Positions 21,095 through 23,611 of a DNA stretch of 23,611 bases are shown here, piece after piece. Origin of the DNA: Trichodelitschia bisporula (Eukaryota). Under the pieces are notes generated by a model, which was given only the letters and a program-made list of their open reading frames with translations, ran no database searches and was not told the origin of the DNA. The stretch is taken from positions 62,001 through 85,611 of the forward strand of contig ML996713.1 in the NCBI GenBank assembly GCA_010356995.1, read 5' to 3'. The translations under genes and the position numbers were made by a program. The stretch's first letter is position 1, and every line of letters begins with the position of its first letter.

Positions 21095-21577
21095 TCACTC
21101 CCGGGCTATCGGATATTTCACCCACGCCCGGTCTATGGCCCGCTGCTCATATTTCCGCCCCTCCTCAATCTGCGCCGTCGTAAGCTCCAACGTACACCGT
21201 GACACCTGCCCACTCCAGTCCTCAATCCGCGCTGTGTGCCAATACTTGTATTGCGTACTGACGTGGCGATCGTAGTCTTCTTGCGCACGGATGATGCGCA
21301 GACCTGCAGTTCGGCCAGGTTGATGCGCGCGGAGGACGTCGAAGTCGTCTAGTTCAAGCGTTTCACGTATGCCAGACTCGGGATGTGGCTGGTTCACCGG
21401 CTGGGCTTGTTGAGCGGGGTGGAGGGCGGCGGCGATATCGGCCTCGGTGAGGATGGGGGTGTGGGTGCGGGAGCAGGTGTTTTGGGAGGTGGCGATATCG
21501 GCCTCGGTGAGGATTAAGGTGTGGGTGCGGGTGCGGGAGCGGGTGTTTTGGGAGGGGGGGCCATCTTTCTTCAACAT
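21095..21577 (-). CDS. Hypothetical protein, 160 aa, with N-terminal internal duplication
   Basis: CATCAAAATG start at 21577 after a pyrimidine-rich leader. Frame-preserving duplication; protein-like C-terminus (YDRHVSTQYKYWH...EEGRKYEQRAIDRAW). No family recognised. Confidence 0.55.
   Translation of the reverse strand: MLKKDGPPSQNTRSRTRTHTLILTEADIATSQNTCSRTHTPILTEADIAAALHPAQQAQPVNQPHPESGIRETLELDDFDVLRAHQPGRTAGLRIIRAQEDYDRHVSTQYKYWHTARIEDWSGQVSRCTLELTTAQIEEGRKYEQRAIDRAWVKYPIARE
21431..21555. repeat. Tandem duplication, 60/66-nt units
   Basis: GGCGATATCGGCCTCGGTGAGGAT...GTGTTTTGGGAGG at 21431 and 21491; the second copy has an extra GGGTGC hexamer. Encodes SQNT..RTHT.ILTEADIA twice. Confidence 0.9.
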
Positions 21578-22516
21578 TTTGATGATCTTGAACGGTCTAC
21601 GGGAAGTGATCATGTGGCTTCGTTGTTGCACGCGCAAGGAATGATGGTTCGAGGATATCAAGCCGGTGGCGCTGGCAGTGGAAACTTTTTGGACTGAGAA
21701 GTGAGTACGTTGAAGTGAGGGAGAGCGACAAAGACTGACAGTGACAGCAAAATCCCTATGGACTACGATAATAAAAGTGTTGGAGAATGAAAAGTTGGTG
21801 ATAGTATTGATGTCGATGATGGAGGTGAAAGTTTACGCGGGCGAGCCGTGAAGCTGTAGAGGGGGTGCTTATCCATTCCATGGCAGCAGCTCTTGCCGTG
21901 CATTTTGGCTGAAGATGGTTACGATGGGACAGGTATGTTGCTTCTTCATGCTGGTCAGCGCAACTTGGTAGCTTCAACGAGGCGTGAGATGGGGACATGT
22001 GAGCTCCCGATGCCCCCTTCTCACTGCCACCTTGTGTTAACTGGGCTTCATATCGGACTTCGTTCGTCGGGCGATCGGATGCGGGAGTGGATCTCACCAT
22101 GAGACCCGCGCTTTACACCACCGGTACAAACGCATCTCAAGATGTGAATAGCCCTGAACATACACAATGGATGAGAGAGGAGAGTGGCCGAGTCAACTCG
22201 TATCCAGGTACGGCCCGTTGTCCGTCTCATCTATAACTCCTTCCCTTACCTCAGCAGCCACTTCCGCAACGGCGAATACCTCTTCCAAAAGCAAGAATAT
22301 TCCTTCCACTGTAGGAATGCTCTTTCCTTGTGACCACACCAGCTAACTCCTCAGAGCACACCTCTCCAAACGCCCGTCAAACCCCGTGTTTACCCATCCC
22401 ACACCATCACCGGCCATTCACTCACCCATACACTTCACGCCCCGCCCACCATCGCTATATCATTATCTACTCACCCTCTATTCAGTCTCCAAATGCCACC
22501 TCTTTCAAGTCCCACA

Positions 22517-22780
22517 ATGTGCAACATATTTTACACAACCTATCTCTGCGGGCACCGACGCCTCTCGCACACGCAGTTTTGCTCCACGGAGCGGATATGG
22601 CATGTTGGGCGGATGGAGCAAGCCATACGCTCGATAATGTGCCCTGACTGCGTCTTGCGGCGCGATGGGCGGCGGTGGCGCGTGAGAGAAGAGGAGGAGG
22701 AGGAGGAAGAGGAGCAGAACGATGAGGCTGAGCGGGAGGATTGCTGGTGCATAGTCGCTTGGCTTGCGCATACCCCGTAA
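22517..22780 (+). CDS. Small Cys/His protein (MC-x8-CGH-x8-C...H...CxxC), 87 aa, with poly-Glu tract; putative metal-binding
   Basis: CCCACAATG start (an in-frame ATG at 22493 has weaker context). MCNIFYTTYLCGHRRLSHTQFC...H...CPDC; a GAG-rich repeat encodes E9. The motif spacing is shared with the convergent neighbour. Confidence 0.62.
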   Translation: MCNIFYTTYLCGHRRLSHTQFCSTERIWHVGRMEQAIRSIMCPDCVLRRDGRRWRVREEEEEEEEEQNDEAEREDCWCIVAWLAHTP

Positions 22781-22933
22781 ATGAACGGTTTCTGACTGAA
22801 GTTCCTGCAGGCCGTGGTCCTCCGCCGGCGCTACTTCCCCGGGGGAGGAAAGATAAACGATCGTACAATAAACACCGATACTCTCCCCAATCCCCGCGTT
22901 TCTCCATCCCACATCCTTGACTTGGTATCATTC

Positions 22934-23218
22934 TCACCGTCCTCTTTTCCCAATATTCGAAATCCTCCCCTCGCCCGCCTTCCGCCATAGCCACAAGGCG
23001 ATGTCCATCAGCCGCTCACCCAGCCCAGGCCCGTCCCATCTCACACCCCCTCTCCGCCTAAATTCCTCGCTCGCGAAGCACACGGAGCACCCGCCCAACA
23101 CCCAGCACGGCTCCTCTTTCTCCGGATGCTGCGCGGGGTCGAGCCACTCGCCACAGTACCTCGTGAGTCCGGTCTCGACGTGGCCGCAGGGGAAGATGAA
23201 CACGCTCATTACGCACGT
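22934..23218 (-). CDS. Small Cys/His protein related to 22517-22780; start at ACG 23218 (94 aa) or ATG 23209 (91 aa)
   Basis: (T)CVMSVFIFPCGHVETGLTRYC...H...CSVC has C2, C11, H13, C22 at the same positions as the neighbour when counted from ACG in CAACC-ACG context. Confidence 0.58.
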   Translation of the reverse strand, partial: TCVMSVFIFPCGHVETGLTRYCGEWLDPAQHPEKEEPCWVLGGCSVCFASEEFRRRGGVRWDGPGLGERLMDIALWLWRKAGEGRISNIGKRGR

Positions 23219-23284
23219 GGTTGAGGGCGAGATTGAAAGGTGAGGGTGAAGGCGGGCGAGCATCGAGGCGATGGAGGTATATTG

Positions 23285-23482
23285 TAATGGAAGCACGGCT
23301 TTGATGTGTGCTATGGCAGCAGTGGGAAGTGGAGAGTTTGATGAAGGAAAATGGAGAGGAGAGAGTGAGAGACTCTCAAGACTGCCAGAGGACCTCCTCT
23401 GCTCCTTCCTCCCATTATGCGCACATTACACCATGTTCTTTCTTCAGAGAGGTATATTCCTCCCTAACATATCAATGCTCCT
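23285..23482. repeat. Diverged direct repeat, copy 2; probable promoter/5' leader of the 22934-23218 gene
   Basis: Collinear with 15674-15886 (34/37-nt core). Begins about 70 nt upstream of the minus-strand start, and its gene-proximal half is pyrimidine-rich on that strand. Confidence 0.8.
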
Positions 23483-23611
23483 ATCATATATCCATCCCAA
23501 ACCCCCCCATCCTCGCGTTTCCCCACCCAACATCCATCACCAGCCACCCAATCCTCTTCATTTACCACCCATTAGCCATTATTTCTCTCCATCATCTTCC
23601 TCGTCATCCAG

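Noticed and set aside
15674..23482. Direct repeats as retrotransposon LTRs
   Set aside because: No TG..CA ends, primer-binding site, target-site duplication, or gag/RT/integrase sequence could be identified.

Overview
GC-rich eukaryotic genomic DNA from a filamentous ascomycete, judged by a GT..CTAAC..AG intron, CAMMATG start contexts and fungal-type genes. Well-supported genes: an intronless HAL/Ptk2-type Ser/Thr kinase (928-3225, -), a probably secreted protein with a 21-nt Ser/Pro repeat stalk and an 8-Cys C-terminal region (9425-10927, -), and a two-exon secreted PEBP-family protein (14545-15499, +). About 6 kb upstream of the kinase has no convincing gene. The last ~8 kb is an accessory block of orphan genes bracketed by a diverged ~200-bp direct repeat (15674-15886 and 23285-23482). 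It holds two tandem paralogues that each need frameshifts to be read through, a hypothetical gene with an internal duplication, and a convergent pair of small MC-x8-CGH-x8-C...CxxC proteins, one with ACG where its partner has ATG. Gene decay or assembly error may explain these lesions, but recoding is a testable alternative. No tRNA, rRNA, CRISPR or transposon-coding sequence was recognised. All alignments were made by eye.
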